Part shown: positions 42,267 through 51,048 of the stretch, piece after piece
Layout of the letters: every line of letters begins with the position of its first letter
How positions within the stretch are numbered: the first letter of the stretch is position 1
NCBI GenBank assembly: GCA_030695205.1
Contig: JAUYTN010000040.1
Coordinates: 18,426-82,425, forward strand
DNA from: Burkholderiaceae bacterium
Lineage (GTDB): Bacteria; Pseudomonadota; Gammaproteobacteria; Burkholderiales; Burkholderiaceae_C
DNA: 64,000 nucleotides
Direction: 5' to 3'
The notes under the pieces: model-generated
Database searches by the model: none
Told to the model about the DNA's origin: nothing
What the model saw: the letters and a program-made list of their open reading frames with translations, nothing else
Position numbers and translations under genes: made by a program

Positions 42267-42316
42267 GGATGCGCCTTGCCGACAGGTAATGACGTGGAAG
42301 TGGTGCCAGACGGGCT

Positions 42317-43651
42317 TTATGCCAACAGATCGGCAAACGAGAGGTAGCGCACCGCATCGCCGTGGCTCACGGTGGTGCCAGCGGGGTTGTCCACCACCCC
42401 ATCACCCCAAACGGCGGACGTGAGAACGCCCGAGCTTTGGTTGGAGAACAGGTCCAACCCCCCATGCAAGTTGCGCCGCACCCGCAAGAACTCACGGCGC
42501 TTGTCGGCTTTGACCACGGAAAAGTGTGCGGGCAACACCTGCGAGGGGCACGCGACATCGGTTACACCCTGCAGCCGCAACACAAAGGGCCGCACCAGCA
42601 GCACAAAGGTCATGAAGCTGGAGACGGGGTTGCCAGGCAAGCCCATGAAATGTGCCTGCCCATGGGCACCGCCAGTGCGGCGGATGTGACCATGGGCAAA
42701 GGGTTTGCCAGGTTTCATGGCTATTTGCCAGAGGTCCAGTCCACCCAGGTGCTCCACGGCGGGTTTGATATGGTCCTCTTCCCCGACCGATACCCCGCCA
42801 CTGGTCAGGATGAGGTCATGGCTGTGCGCCGCATCTGCCAGTGCCTGCACCGTCGCGGACCGGCTGTCGGGGACAATGCCCAGGTCGGTGACCTCACAGC
42901 CCAGGCGCACGAGCATGGCCCGCAAAAAGAAACGGTTGGAGTTGTAGATGGCGCCCGGCGGCATAGCCTCCGGCGCTACCGCACCGGGCATGACCAGCTC
43001 GTCACCGGTGGACAGCAGGGCCACGCGCGGGCGTCGGCACACTGTCAACCGGGCAAGGCCCAGGCTGGCGGCCAATCCCAACTCGGCAGGGCCCAGGCGG
43101 GTGCCCGCAGCCAGCACCTGGGCACCCCGACACACATCTTCGCCAGCGCGGCGCACCCATTGACCCACCGCCGGGGCTGTGCTGAACCTCACCATCGATG
43201 CGCCGTCGGCGGTGGTTTCGGTGCCAACGTCCTCCTGCATAACCACGGCATCGGCACCAAGTGGCAGTGGCGCACCGGTGAAAATCCGCGCTGCTGTGCC
43301 CGGCTGCAAGGACTGGCTGCTGTGGCCAGCCGCAATGCGCTGGCTCACCGGCAGACACACCGGATGCGTGGGTGAGGCCGTTTGCACATCGGCACACCGA
43401 ACCGCGTAGCCATCCATGCTGGAATTGTCTTGGGGTGGCACATGCAGCGCAGACACCAGGTGTTGCGCCAAGACGCGGCCATCTGCCTCGAAGGTATCGA
43501 CCCATTGGGTCTCGGCAAGTGGCTGAGCGGCTGCGAGCAGCGACTCCAAAGCCCGGTCCAGGTCCATCAGGGGCCGTCGCACAGCGGAGGTACCTGAAGG
43601 CACAGGTGTCGGGGCTTCAGGAAGCGCAGATGGGGCAAGCAAAGGGGGCAT
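42317..43651 (-). CDS. moeA: molybdopterin molybdotransferase
   Basis: MoeA domains including SGGVSVGEEDH. Start is at 43651 or 43567. The track ORF extends further and would overlap mobB. Confidence 0.9.
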   Translation of the reverse strand: MPPLLAPSALPEAPTPVPSGTSAVRRPLMDLDRALESLLAAAQPLAETQWVDTFEADGRVLAQHLVSALHVPPQDNSSMDGYAVRCADVQTASPTHPVCLPVSQRIAAGHSSQSLQPGTAARIFTGAPLPLGADAVVMQEDVGTETTADGASMVRFSTAPAVGQWVRRAGEDVCRGAQVLAAGTRLGPAELGLAASLGLARLTVCRRPRVALLSTGDELVMPGAVAPEAMPPGAIYNSNRFFLRAMLVRLGCEVTDLGIVPDSRSATVQALADAAHSHDLILTSGGVSVGEEDHIKPAVEHLGGLDLWQIAMKPGKPFAHGHIRRTGGAHGQAHFMGLPGNPVSSFMTFVLLVRPFVLRLQGVTDVACPSQVLPAHFSVVKADKRREFLRVRRNLHGGLDLFSNQSSGVLTSAVWGDGVVDNPAGTTVSHGDAVRYLSFADLLA

Positions 43652-43719
43652 AGAAGGCAGAAGAAAAGTGTCTGTGTGCTTGGAGCCAGGGCCATTGGCG
43701 ACGGGCAGGGAGCAAGGGG

Positions 43720-44256
43720 TCACTCCGCATACTGGCTGGCATCGTAGGCGAAGCGGTCGCCCTGCGACAGCATCCACCGCGCCACATCGGCTGCCTGGTT
43801 CAGATTCAGCAGCGGCAGGCCAGTGGGTTGTGGCAGGCGGGCTTCGGAGTCGGTGGCAATCGCCGCCACAAACGGGTCGTTCGGGTACATGGGAGGTTGG
43901 CCGTGGACTTGGCGCCACACCTCCAGCTTGGGAAGGTTGCTGTCGCGGTAGCCCTCGACCAACACCCAGTCCACACCGCTGTACAACTCGGCCAGCAGGT
44001 GGTGCACCGAGAGCTCGACAGGCCGTTCGAACTCCCGCTGCAGCACCAACCTCTGGGGCGACGCTGCCACCACCTCAAAGGCGCCCGCCTCGCGGTGGCG
44101 CCAGGTGTCTTTGCCGGGATGGTCCATCTCGAACCGATGGTGGGCATGTTTGACCACCGATACCCGCTGGCCCAGCGCCTTGAGCGCTGGAATCAGCTGC
44201 TCGATCAGCGTGGTCTTGCCAGACCCCGAGCAACCAGCGATCAAAAGCACATTCAT
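43720..44256 (-). CDS. mobB: molybdopterin-guanine dinucleotide biosynthesis adaptor MobB
   Basis: P-loop GCSGSGKTTL, 178 aa. Confidence 0.9.
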   Translation of the reverse strand: MNVLLIAGCSGSGKTTLIEQLIPALKALGQRVSVVKHAHHRFEMDHPGKDTWRHREAGAFEVVAASPQRLVLQREFERPVELSVHHLLAELYSGVDWVLVEGYRDSNLPKLEVWRQVHGQPPMYPNDPFVAAIATDSEARLPQPTGLPLLNLNQAADVARWMLSQGDRFAYDASQYAE

Positions 44257-44266
44257 AGGCTTACTT

Positions 44267-44310
44267 AAAGTTATAGCAAACTATTCAATAAATTCAAGCG
44301 CAAAAGCCTT
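44267..44310 (-). promoter_or_regulatory. AT-rich promoter-like cassette, copy D
   Basis: In gene orientation: GCGCT TGAATTTATTGAAT AGTTTGCTAT AAC. -35 TTGAAT, 16 nt spacer, -10 TATAAC with a TG extension. Lies between the thrC stop and the mobB ATG. Confidence 0.55.
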
Positions 44311-44313
44311 AAA

Positions 44314-45741
44314 TCATTCACATTTTTCAACCATGTATGCCTTGACCATCTCCACACTGGCGGGCATGACGACCACCCGCTTGGGCAGCGCCTCAATGCC
44401 CTCAAACCGGGCAGGCCGCTCGGGCTGCTGGCCCAGGGCCTCGACGATGGTCTCTGCAAACTTGATGGGCAGCGCCGTCTCCAGCACCACCATGGGCACA
44501 CCTGGCTGCCGGTGTTCGCGAGCCACCTTCACACCATCAGCGGTGTGGGTGTCGATGACCATGGCGTGGCGGGCGAAGGTGTCGCGGATGGTGGCAATCC
44601 GGTCGCCGTGGGTGCTCTTGCCACTGACAAAGCCAAACCGCTCAGCCGCCTGAGCAAATGCCACATCCCCGCTCAGGTCAAAGTGCCCGGCTCGCGCCAG
44701 TTGCGGACCAAACAGCTGCGCCACCCTGGCGCCGTCGCGCCCCAACAGGTCGAACACAAAGCGCTCGAAGTTGCTGGCCTTGGAAATGTCCATGGAGGGG
44801 CTGGAGGTTTCGAAGGTGTCGGCACTGCCGCGCACGCGGTACATGCCGGTTCTGAAAAACTCGTCCAACACGTCGTTTTCGTTGGTGGCCACCACCAGCT
44901 GGGCAATCGGCAGGCCCATCATGCGCGCCACATGACCAGCGCACACGTTGCCAAAGTTGCCGCTGGGGACCGCAAAGCTGACACTCTGTTCATTGGCCGT
45001 GGTGGCCTGAAAGTAACCCGCAAAGTAGTACACCACCTGCGCCAGCAAGCGCGCCCAATTGATGGAGTTGACGGTGCCAACCTTGTACTGGCGTTTGAAC
45101 GCCAGGTCGTTGCTGACTGCCTTGACGATGTCCTGGCAGTCGTCAAACACCCCTTCGATAGCGATGTTGTGGATGTTGTCGTCCATCAGGCTGAACATCT
45201 GGGCCTGCTGGAACGGGCTCATGCGTCCGTGCGGACTCGTCATGAACACCCGCACCCCCTTCTTGCCGCGCATGGCGTATTCGGCCGCGCTGCCGGTGTC
45301 GCCACTGGTGGCACCCAGGATGTTCAGCTGTTCGCCCCGGCGGGCCAGCTCGTACTCGAACAGGTTGCCCAGCAACTGCATGGCCATGTCTTTGAAGGCC
45401 AGCGTGGGGCCGTTGGACAAGCCTTCCAGCCACAGGTCGTCTTCCAGGTGGCGCAGGGGAACAATCTCTCCGGTGCCGAACACCTCTTCGGTGTAGGTGG
45501 TTTCGCACAGGGCGCGCAGGTCCTGCGCAGGGATGTCGTCGATGTACAGCGACAGCACCTCAAAGGCCAGGGCGGCGTAGCCCTCATCGTGGTACACCCT
45601 GCGCCAGGCGCTCAGGGTGGCGTCGCTCACCTGGGGGTAGTGCTCGGGCAGGTACAAGCCCCCATCCGGCGCCAGGCCTTCAAGCAGGATTTCGCAGAAG
45701 CGTTTGCGGTCGGGATGACCACGGGTGGAGAGGTATTGCAT
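44314..45741 (-). CDS. thrC: threonine synthase
   Basis: MQYLSTRG N-terminus, PLP-lysine LAFKD, 475 aa. Confidence 0.97.
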   Translation of the reverse strand: MQYLSTRGHPDRKRFCEILLEGLAPDGGLYLPEHYPQVSDATLSAWRRVYHDEGYAALAFEVLSLYIDDIPAQDLRALCETTYTEEVFGTGEIVPLRHLEDDLWLEGLSNGPTLAFKDMAMQLLGNLFEYELARRGEQLNILGATSGDTGSAAEYAMRGKKGVRVFMTSPHGRMSPFQQAQMFSLMDDNIHNIAIEGVFDDCQDIVKAVSNDLAFKRQYKVGTVNSINWARLLAQVVYYFAGYFQATTANEQSVSFAVPSGNFGNVCAGHVARMMGLPIAQLVVATNENDVLDEFFRTGMYRVRGSADTFETSSPSMDISKASNFERFVFDLLGRDGARVAQLFGPQLARAGHFDLSGDVAFAQAAERFGFVSGKSTHGDRIATIRDTFARHAMVIDTHTADGVKVAREHRQPGVPMVVLETALPIKFAETIVEALGQQPERPARFEGIEALPKRVVVMPASVEMVKAYMVEKCE

Positions 45742-45758
45742 GCGGGCGCTCCGGGGTA

Positions 45759-47117
45759 TCAGGCCAATTCTTCCTTGCGGATGCGGGTGATGGGGGCCAG
45801 CACCGTGGGCAGACCCTGCATCACGGCCAGTGCCTCGTTCATGGTGCCCTCACGGGTGTCGTGGGTAAGAATGATCACATCGGTTTGCGTGCTGCCTTCT
45901 CCGCCCACTTCGTCGGCCTCGCGCTGCAGCACGGCATCGATGCTGATGCCAGCCTCCGCCAGAATGCCAGTCACCTTCGCCAACACGCCCGCCTGGTCGG
46001 CCACCCGCAGGCGCAGGTAGTAGCTGGTCACCACCTCACTCATGGGCAGCACCGGCAGTGTGTCCAGCGCGGCATCGATGGTGTGGGGCTGGAAGGCCAG
46101 GTGCGGCACGCGGTGGTCGGGGTCGGCGGCATGCAGCCGGGTAATGTCCACCAGATCGGCCACCACCGCACTGGCGGTGGGCTCGCTGCCCGCGCCTTTG
46201 CCGTAGTACAGCGTGGTGCCCACGGCATCGCCCTGCACCACCACCGCGTTCATGGCCCCTTCCACATTCGCAATCAGCCGCTTGGCCGGGATCAGACTGG
46301 GGTGTACCCGCAGCTCTATGCCCGCGCTCTGGCCGGTGGTCGCATCGGCCTCACGCCGCTTGGCAATGCCCAGCAGCTTGATGCGGTAACCCAACTGCTC
46401 GGCATAGCGGATATCGGCTGCGCCGAGCTTGGTGATGCCCTCCACATAGGCTTTGTCAAACTGCACCGGAATGCCGTAGGCGATCGCACTCATCAGCGTG
46501 ACCTTGTGGGCGGCGTCCACCCCTTCGATGTCAAAGGTGGGGTCAGCCTCGGCATAGCCCAGGCGTTGCGCCTCTTTCAGCACCACATCGAAGTCCAGTC
46601 CCTTGTCGCGCATCTCGCTCAGAATGAAGTTGGTGGTGCCGTTGATGATGCCCGCCAGCCACTGGATGCGGTTGGCCGTCAGTCCCTCTCGCAGGGCCTT
46701 GATGATGGGAATCCCCCCCGCCACCGCCGCCTCAAAGGCCACCACCACGCCCTTGGCCGTGGCTGCCGCAAAAATTTCGGTGCCGTGCACTGCCAGCAGC
46801 GCTTTGTTGGCCGTGACCACGTGTTTACCAGCGGCTATCGCCTCCAGCACCAGCGCCTTGGCAATGCCATAGCCACCGATGAGCTCCACCACCACATCGA
46901 TATCGGGATTGGCAATCACCTGGCGGGCGTCGTTGACCACCGCCACATCAGGCCCCACGATGGAGCGGGCACGCGCCACATCCAGATCAGCCACCATGGT
47001 GACCTCAATGCCACGTCCGGCACGGCGGGTAATTTCTTCCTGGTTGCGACGCAAAACGTTGAACGTGCCGCTGCCGACGGTGCCTATGCCCAGAAGGCCT
47101 ACTTGGATGGGTGCCAT
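45759..47117 (-). CDS. hom: homoserine dehydrogenase
   Basis: NAD motif GLLGIGTVGSG, ACT domain at the C-terminus. ATG at 47117. Confidence 0.95.
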   Translation of the reverse strand: MAPIQVGLLGIGTVGSGTFNVLRRNQEEITRRAGRGIEVTMVADLDVARARSIVGPDVAVVNDARQVIANPDIDVVVELIGGYGIAKALVLEAIAAGKHVVTANKALLAVHGTEIFAAATAKGVVVAFEAAVAGGIPIIKALREGLTANRIQWLAGIINGTTNFILSEMRDKGLDFDVVLKEAQRLGYAEADPTFDIEGVDAAHKVTLMSAIAYGIPVQFDKAYVEGITKLGAADIRYAEQLGYRIKLLGIAKRREADATTGQSAGIELRVHPSLIPAKRLIANVEGAMNAVVVQGDAVGTTLYYGKGAGSEPTASAVVADLVDITRLHAADPDHRVPHLAFQPHTIDAALDTLPVLPMSEVVTSYYLRLRVADQAGVLAKVTGILAEAGISIDAVLQREADEVGGEGSTQTDVIILTHDTREGTMNEALAVMQGLPTVLAPITRIRKEELA

Positions 47118-47179
47118 GATTTTTCTCATTAAAAATGCCTGAGGCGCATACTGTGTATGCGATTTCAGCTATGAATAAA

Positions 47180-48484
47180 TTATTTGCTTTTTCCGGTGGA
47201 TGCGGACTCTTTGCGGACATGCCCCGCTGATACCGACGCTGGCGGGGGCACGTCGGTCCCCATGCGCTTGCGGTAGATATCCAGAAAATGGGCCAGGCGG
47301 CCAATGGCCTCCCGCAAATCGTCCTCATGGGGCAAAAACACGATGCGAAAGTGATCGGGCGCCTGCCAATTGAAGCCAGTGCCCTGCACAAGCATCACCC
47401 GCGTTTGCTCCAGCACCTCCAGAAAGAACGCCTGATCGTCTTCGATGGGATACACCTTGGGGTCCAGTCGGGGAAACATGTACAGGGCGGCCACCGGCTT
47501 GACACAACTTACCCCAGGTATCGCGGTGATGAGTTCATAGGCCAGATCACGCTGGCGGCGCAGGCGACCGCCCTCGCCCACCAGCTCATTGATGCTCTGG
47601 TACCCCCCCAGCGCTGTCTGGATGGCGTACTGGCCGGGCACGTTGGAGCACAGCCGCATGTTGGAGAGCATGTTCAGGCCCTCGATGTAGTCCCTGGCGG
47701 GCTTTTTGTCGCCCGAGACCACCATCCACCCCGCGCGGTAGCCGCAGGATCGGTAGCTTTTGGACAGCGAATTGAAAGTCAGGGTCAGCACATCCTCGCT
47801 CAGCGAGCCAATGGCAGTGTGCTGCACACCGTCGTACAGCACCTTGTCGTACACCTCATCGGCAAAAATCACCAGTCCGTGTTCGCGTGCGATGCCCACA
47901 ATGGCCTGCAACAACTCGGTTGAATACAGCGCTCCGGTGGGGTTGTTGGGGTTAATGACCACAATCCCCTTGGTTCTCGACGTGATTTTGGCCCGAATGT
48001 CGTCCAGACAGGGCATCCAGCCATTGGCTTCGTCGCAGCGGTAGTGCACAGGCGTGCCGCCGCTGAGGCTGGCCGCTGCGGTCCACAGCGGGTAGTCGGG
48101 CGAAGGCAGAAGCACTTCGTCGCCATCGTCCAGCAACGCATTCGTGGCCATCACGATCAGCTCGGACGCGCCGTTGCCCAAGTAAATGTCGTCCAGCGTG
48201 ACCCCTTTGATGCCTTGCTGCTGGGTGTAGTGCATGACGGCCTTGCGCGCCGCGAAGATACCCTTGCTGTCGGAGTAACCGGCCGAGTTGGGCAGGTTGC
48301 GGATCATGTCCTGCTGCACCTCTTCGGGGCTGTCAAACCCAAACACCGCCAGATTGCCAATGTTGAGCTTGATGATTTTTTGCCCCTCGTCCTCCATCTG
48401 GCGCGCGCGGTCCATGATGGGCCCGCGAATGTCATAACAGACGTTGGACAGCTTGGTCGATTTGGTGATGGTGCGTGCGGTCAT
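47180..48484 (-). CDS. PLP-dependent aminotransferase (AlaA/AlaC-like class I)
   Basis: KLSNVCYDIRGP N-terminal block and PLP-lysine SLSKSYRSCGYRAGW. Start at 48484 is preferred; 48496 is possible. Confidence 0.9.
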   Translation of the reverse strand: MTARTITKSTKLSNVCYDIRGPIMDRARQMEDEGQKIIKLNIGNLAVFGFDSPEEVQQDMIRNLPNSAGYSDSKGIFAARKAVMHYTQQQGIKGVTLDDIYLGNGASELIVMATNALLDDGDEVLLPSPDYPLWTAAASLSGGTPVHYRCDEANGWMPCLDDIRAKITSRTKGIVVINPNNPTGALYSTELLQAIVGIAREHGLVIFADEVYDKVLYDGVQHTAIGSLSEDVLTLTFNSLSKSYRSCGYRAGWMVVSGDKKPARDYIEGLNMLSNMRLCSNVPGQYAIQTALGGYQSINELVGEGGRLRRQRDLAYELITAIPGVSCVKPVAALYMFPRLDPKVYPIEDDQAFFLEVLEQTRVMLVQGTGFNWQAPDHFRIVFLPHEDDLREAIGRLAHFLDIYRKRMGTDVPPPASVSAGHVRKESASTGKSK

Positions 48485-48658
48485 GGGCAATGGCATCGGG
48501 TGGTCAGAAACGGGCAACGGCCACCGCAATGCCCTCTTTACCCGATGGACCTACCGTACCTTGCGTCACAAAGGTCAGGTCGGCGGGTTCAATCGGACAA
48601 AAAACCTGCGGCTGGCAGTGGGTACCTACCGACTCGGCGAGTACCCATCAGGGGAAAC

Positions 48659-48934
48659 CTACGATTTTGGCACGGCCTGCTCTAGCGCTTTCTGCCACAC
48701 ACGGGCATATGCGGGCCGCAGCTGCTGCTCTATCTCTGCCACGGTGCGGAAGACGTCTATTCCTGTCATCCCCGCCTGTTGCGCAAAGTAGGCGATTTCC
48801 CCCGCTTCGGGCTTTCGTTTACCTGATTTCCACTCACTGATTCGGGCGGGCTTTATGCCTAGGTCTTCTGCCATCGCTGCTTGCGCGCGTCTGGTTGTGG
48901 TGGCTGCTCGGTCTATCAGTTCGTCTATGGTCAT
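48659..48934 (-). CDS. phage HTH (Cro/CI-type) transcriptional regulator, probable prophage repressor
   Basis: 91 aa. HTH segment AQAAMAEDLGIKPARISEWKSGKRKP. Divergent from the replication module, like rstR/rstA in CTX-type phages. Confidence 0.7.
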   Translation of the reverse strand: MTIDELIDRAATTTRRAQAAMAEDLGIKPARISEWKSGKRKPEAGEIAYFAQQAGMTGIDVFRTVAEIEQQLRPAYARVWQKALEQAVPKS

Positions 48935-48969
48935 GGCGTGTTACCACTTTTGGGAATTTGTCTGCTACA

Positions 48970-49002
48970 TTACGCAAAACGGTAATTTACCTTTTTGCGT
49001 AA
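48970..49002. promoter_or_regulatory. operator-like inverted repeat TTACGCAAAA-N13-TTTTGCGTAA
   Basis: Perfect 10 bp arms at 48970-48979 and 48993-49002, 36 nt upstream of the repressor ATG. A third GCAAAACGG half-site lies at 49033-49041. Confidence 0.5.
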
Positions 49003-49177
49003 CACAGACTGTACACCCAAGCGGCAACCCATGCAAAACGGCACAGATCAAGCCACACGGCACGAACGACAAGCGGGGCAGGCTCCTACCTGTTACCCGG
49101 CTATTCCGTCCCCTGTGGCCTCTTTGCTGCTGTCCCTGCCCCCGTCGCCCCTCCCGCCTCTCCCCTACACACCCGAC

Positions 49178-49435
49178 ATGCATTCGGCCCGCTGCGCAGC
49201 TGCAGCCCGTGCCCGGGTCGTACTTGTTCAACACGTTCAGGTGTCCGACCGTTGCGGCTCTCAGTGCGGCCGCATCGCTGGCCTGTGGACCACACCTGAT
49301 GGTGTGGATCTGTGGGTTGTCGATTTGCTTGGCGGTGGCCGGACCCATGTCCCTGCCCGTCGCGTCACCCAGTGCAGCCACCTGGATGACCGCTGCATCT
49401 GCGCGGGTGAGTCAGTTGCCGGGGTGCAGCAATGA
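49178..49435 (+). CDS. hypothetical Cys-rich small protein upstream of rep
   Basis: 85 codons from the ATG at 49178. Its TGA overlaps the rep ATG (ATGA). No recognisable domain, and the local GC is higher than in the rest of the phage. Confidence 0.35.
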   Translation: MHSARCAAAARARVVLVQHVQVSDRCGSQCGRIAGLWTTPDGVDLWVVDLLGGGRTHVPARRVTQCSHLDDRCICAGESVAGVQQ

Positions 49436-50655
49436 GCCGCATTTTTTCCCCGGATTTTTTGGACCCCGTTTCAAGTGACGTGCATGTAACACGTCACTTT
49501 AGTCTCACCAGTGAGACAAACTGCTCAAAAAACGATCAAATCCCGCTAGCAAATTTGCAGCATTTCCCAGCGCATCACGAAACCACCAAAAACCCTCGTG
49601 TCTTCTGCGACTGGGTGTCGATGTACCAAACCCATGCCCCCGGCCTGCCCATGCTGCAGGACGGCTGCTTTGTCCGCTTCGATGCTGATGGCGGCCACGA
49701 GTCAACCACCCTCAAAAAACTCAAGGTTGAGGGGAGCCACGAAAGCGCGGTATTCGTTCGCTGTGACGGCCAGACGGTCCACTTTGAGGGCAACGTGTCC
49801 AAGTTTGCACGGCGGGACAACGTGTTCGGGTTCACCTTCGCCCAATGCGTCCAGCGCATCAATTCATTGCTCGGGACTCTCGGGCTTCCCCCGTTCACTC
49901 CAGGTCAAAAAATGGAAGTCAACAGCCCCAACGGTTGGCAAACCCATTGGACTGGTGCCCGCATTACCCGGCTTGACCTCACCGAAAACTTCGCTTCTGG
50001 CAGCAAGGAAAACGCATATCACTTCATGCGCTTCCTCTCCAGCCAACAGGCCTCCCGGCTCAAAACTGGCACCCACGGTGAAGGGGAAACAGTGGATTTC
50101 GGAAGGGGCTCCCGTCGGGTCTATTCCAAAGCCTACTTAAAAGGCCCTGAACTTCGCAAACACGCAAAAAAAGACACACGCGGACCATTACCCGAACTTT
50201 CAAAACCTTTCGATCCATATTTGTTTGAACTTGCCGACTGGTGCGATGCCGTTGGCCTTGTCCGATTCGAAACAACCTACAAATCTACATTCTTAATTGA
50301 CAATGGTTTTCAATTCCTTGGGGGAATTAACATGCAAAAACTTGAAATTGATTTCAACGAGCGCCAATCCGTGTTTACTCGCGCTTCCTGTGATGTCGAA
50401 GAAATTACCAATCTAGATTCCAAAACCCTTGCCATTTACCGGATGTGGGAGGCTGGCGATGATGTGACGTCGAAATGTAGCCGCGCCACCTTTTATCGTC
50501 ATCGCGCAAAGCTTCTTCCATATGGCGTCGATATTGCCATTAAAAGCAACGTAATCAAATTTCAACCCAAAACAAGGATTATCAAACTCGAACCTGTGTC
50601 CATGCCCGACTTTTACAAAATTCCATCCCCGTCATATATTCGCCTTGCGGCTTAA
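49432..50655 (+). CDS. filamentous-phage replication initiation protein (gene II / RstA-like)
   Basis: 407 aa first large gene of the plus-strand module, with a CDWVSM entry motif. Resembles gene II/X-family initiators of RSS/RSM/Cf-type inoviruses as far as I recognise them. Followed by a pV-size ORF. Confidence 0.75.
   Translation: MSRIFSPDFLDPVSSDVHVTRHFSLTSETNCSKNDQIPLANLQHFPAHHETTKNPRVFCDWVSMYQTHAPGLPMLQDGCFVRFDADGGHESTTLKKLKVEGSHESAVFVRCDGQTVHFEGNVSKFARRDNVFGFTFAQCVQRINSLLGTLGLPPFTPGQKMEVNSPNGWQTHWTGARITRLDLTENFASGSKENAYHFMRFLSSQQASRLKTGTHGEGETVDFGRGSRRVYSKAYLKGPELRKHAKKDTRGPLPELSKPFDPYLFELADWCDAVGLVRFETTYKSTFLIDNGFQFLGGINMQKLEIDFNERQSVFTRASCDVEEITNLDSKTLAIYRMWEAGDDVTSKCSRATFYRHRAKLLPYGVDIAIKSNVIKFQPKTRIIKLEPVSMPDFYKIPSPSYIRLAA
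49473..49499 (+). other. perfect 10 bp-stem hairpin inside the 5' end of rep
   Basis: AAGTGACGTG-catgtaa-CACGTCACTT read directly. Covers codons 14-23 of the annotated rep ORF. Confidence 0.6.
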
Positions 50656-50672
50656 TTCTGGAGAACCAAAAA

Positions 50673-50963
50673 ATGCTAATTCTTGAAGGTCTTATTCATT
50701 CAATTATTGCTAAGCCATTTCGCAACAAACAAACCGGTGAAACTGGCATTACCGTCAGTGCAAATATTATCGATGTTGCTTCAACTGGCGAGCCTTCTAT
50801 TGTTAGGTTGAAAATTGATGAATCTGCCGCCCCAGCTTGGCAGAAGGCGCAAGGAAAATCCATGCGTGCTGAGGTCCGACCATGGCACATGGTCAACGAG
50901 AAAGGCGGCGAAACTTCCGGCTATGCACTGGTTGATAAGAAAGCACTCCCCAATGTCATCTAA
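50673..50963 (+). CDS. probable ssDNA-binding protein (pV-like, by position and size)
   Basis: 96 aa ORF with a GGAGA Shine-Dalgarno, immediately after rep as in inoviruses. No motif-level proof. Confidence 0.55.
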   Translation: MLILEGLIHSIIAKPFRNKQTGETGITVSANIIDVASTGEPSIVRLKIDESAAPAWQKAQGKSMRAEVRPWHMVNEKGGETSGYALVDKKALPNVI

Positions 50964-51048
50964 GCACCACCAGCGCGGAATTCTCGTTGTCGAATTCATG
51001 GTGATATTTATCATCATCCCGTACCTCATACATGCAGCGGTGAAATAA
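50953..51048 (+). CDS. small hydrophobic phage protein (31 aa; pVII/pIX-size)
   Basis: MSSKHHQRGILVVEFMVIFIIIPYLIHAAVK. Overlaps the end of the pV-like ORF, and its stop overlaps the next ATG (TAATG). Confidence 0.4.
   Translation: MSSKHHQRGILVVEFMVIFIIIPYLIHAAVK

Noticed and set aside
43652-43918. Upstream extension of the moeA ORF
   Set aside because: It would overlap mobB by about 200 nt and encodes Pro/Arg/Cys-rich sequence. The conserved MoeA sequence begins after the Met at 43651 or 43567.
44512-47132. 502 aa and 423 aa plus-strand ORFs (44512..46020 and 45861..47132)
   Set aside because: They are antisense shadows of thrC and hom. The composition is dominated by Gly/Ala/His/Val/Arg, and they overlap clear genes completely.
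48556-48600. tRNA-like fragment (ACCTT-loop-AAGGT stem plus GGCGGGTTCAATCGG)
   Set aside because: The putative anticodon loop would be 8 nt, the T-stem does not pair, and there is no acceptor stem or D-arm. At most it is a degenerate remnant.
48855-49478. 207 aa plus-strand and 138 aa minus-strand ORFs in the repressor-rep gap
   Set aside because: The 207 aa ORF starts inside the repressor gene on the opposite strand and runs past the rep ATG. Both translate to Cys/Pro/Arg-rich sequence without features. Only the 85-codon frame coupled to rep was kept, at low confidence.
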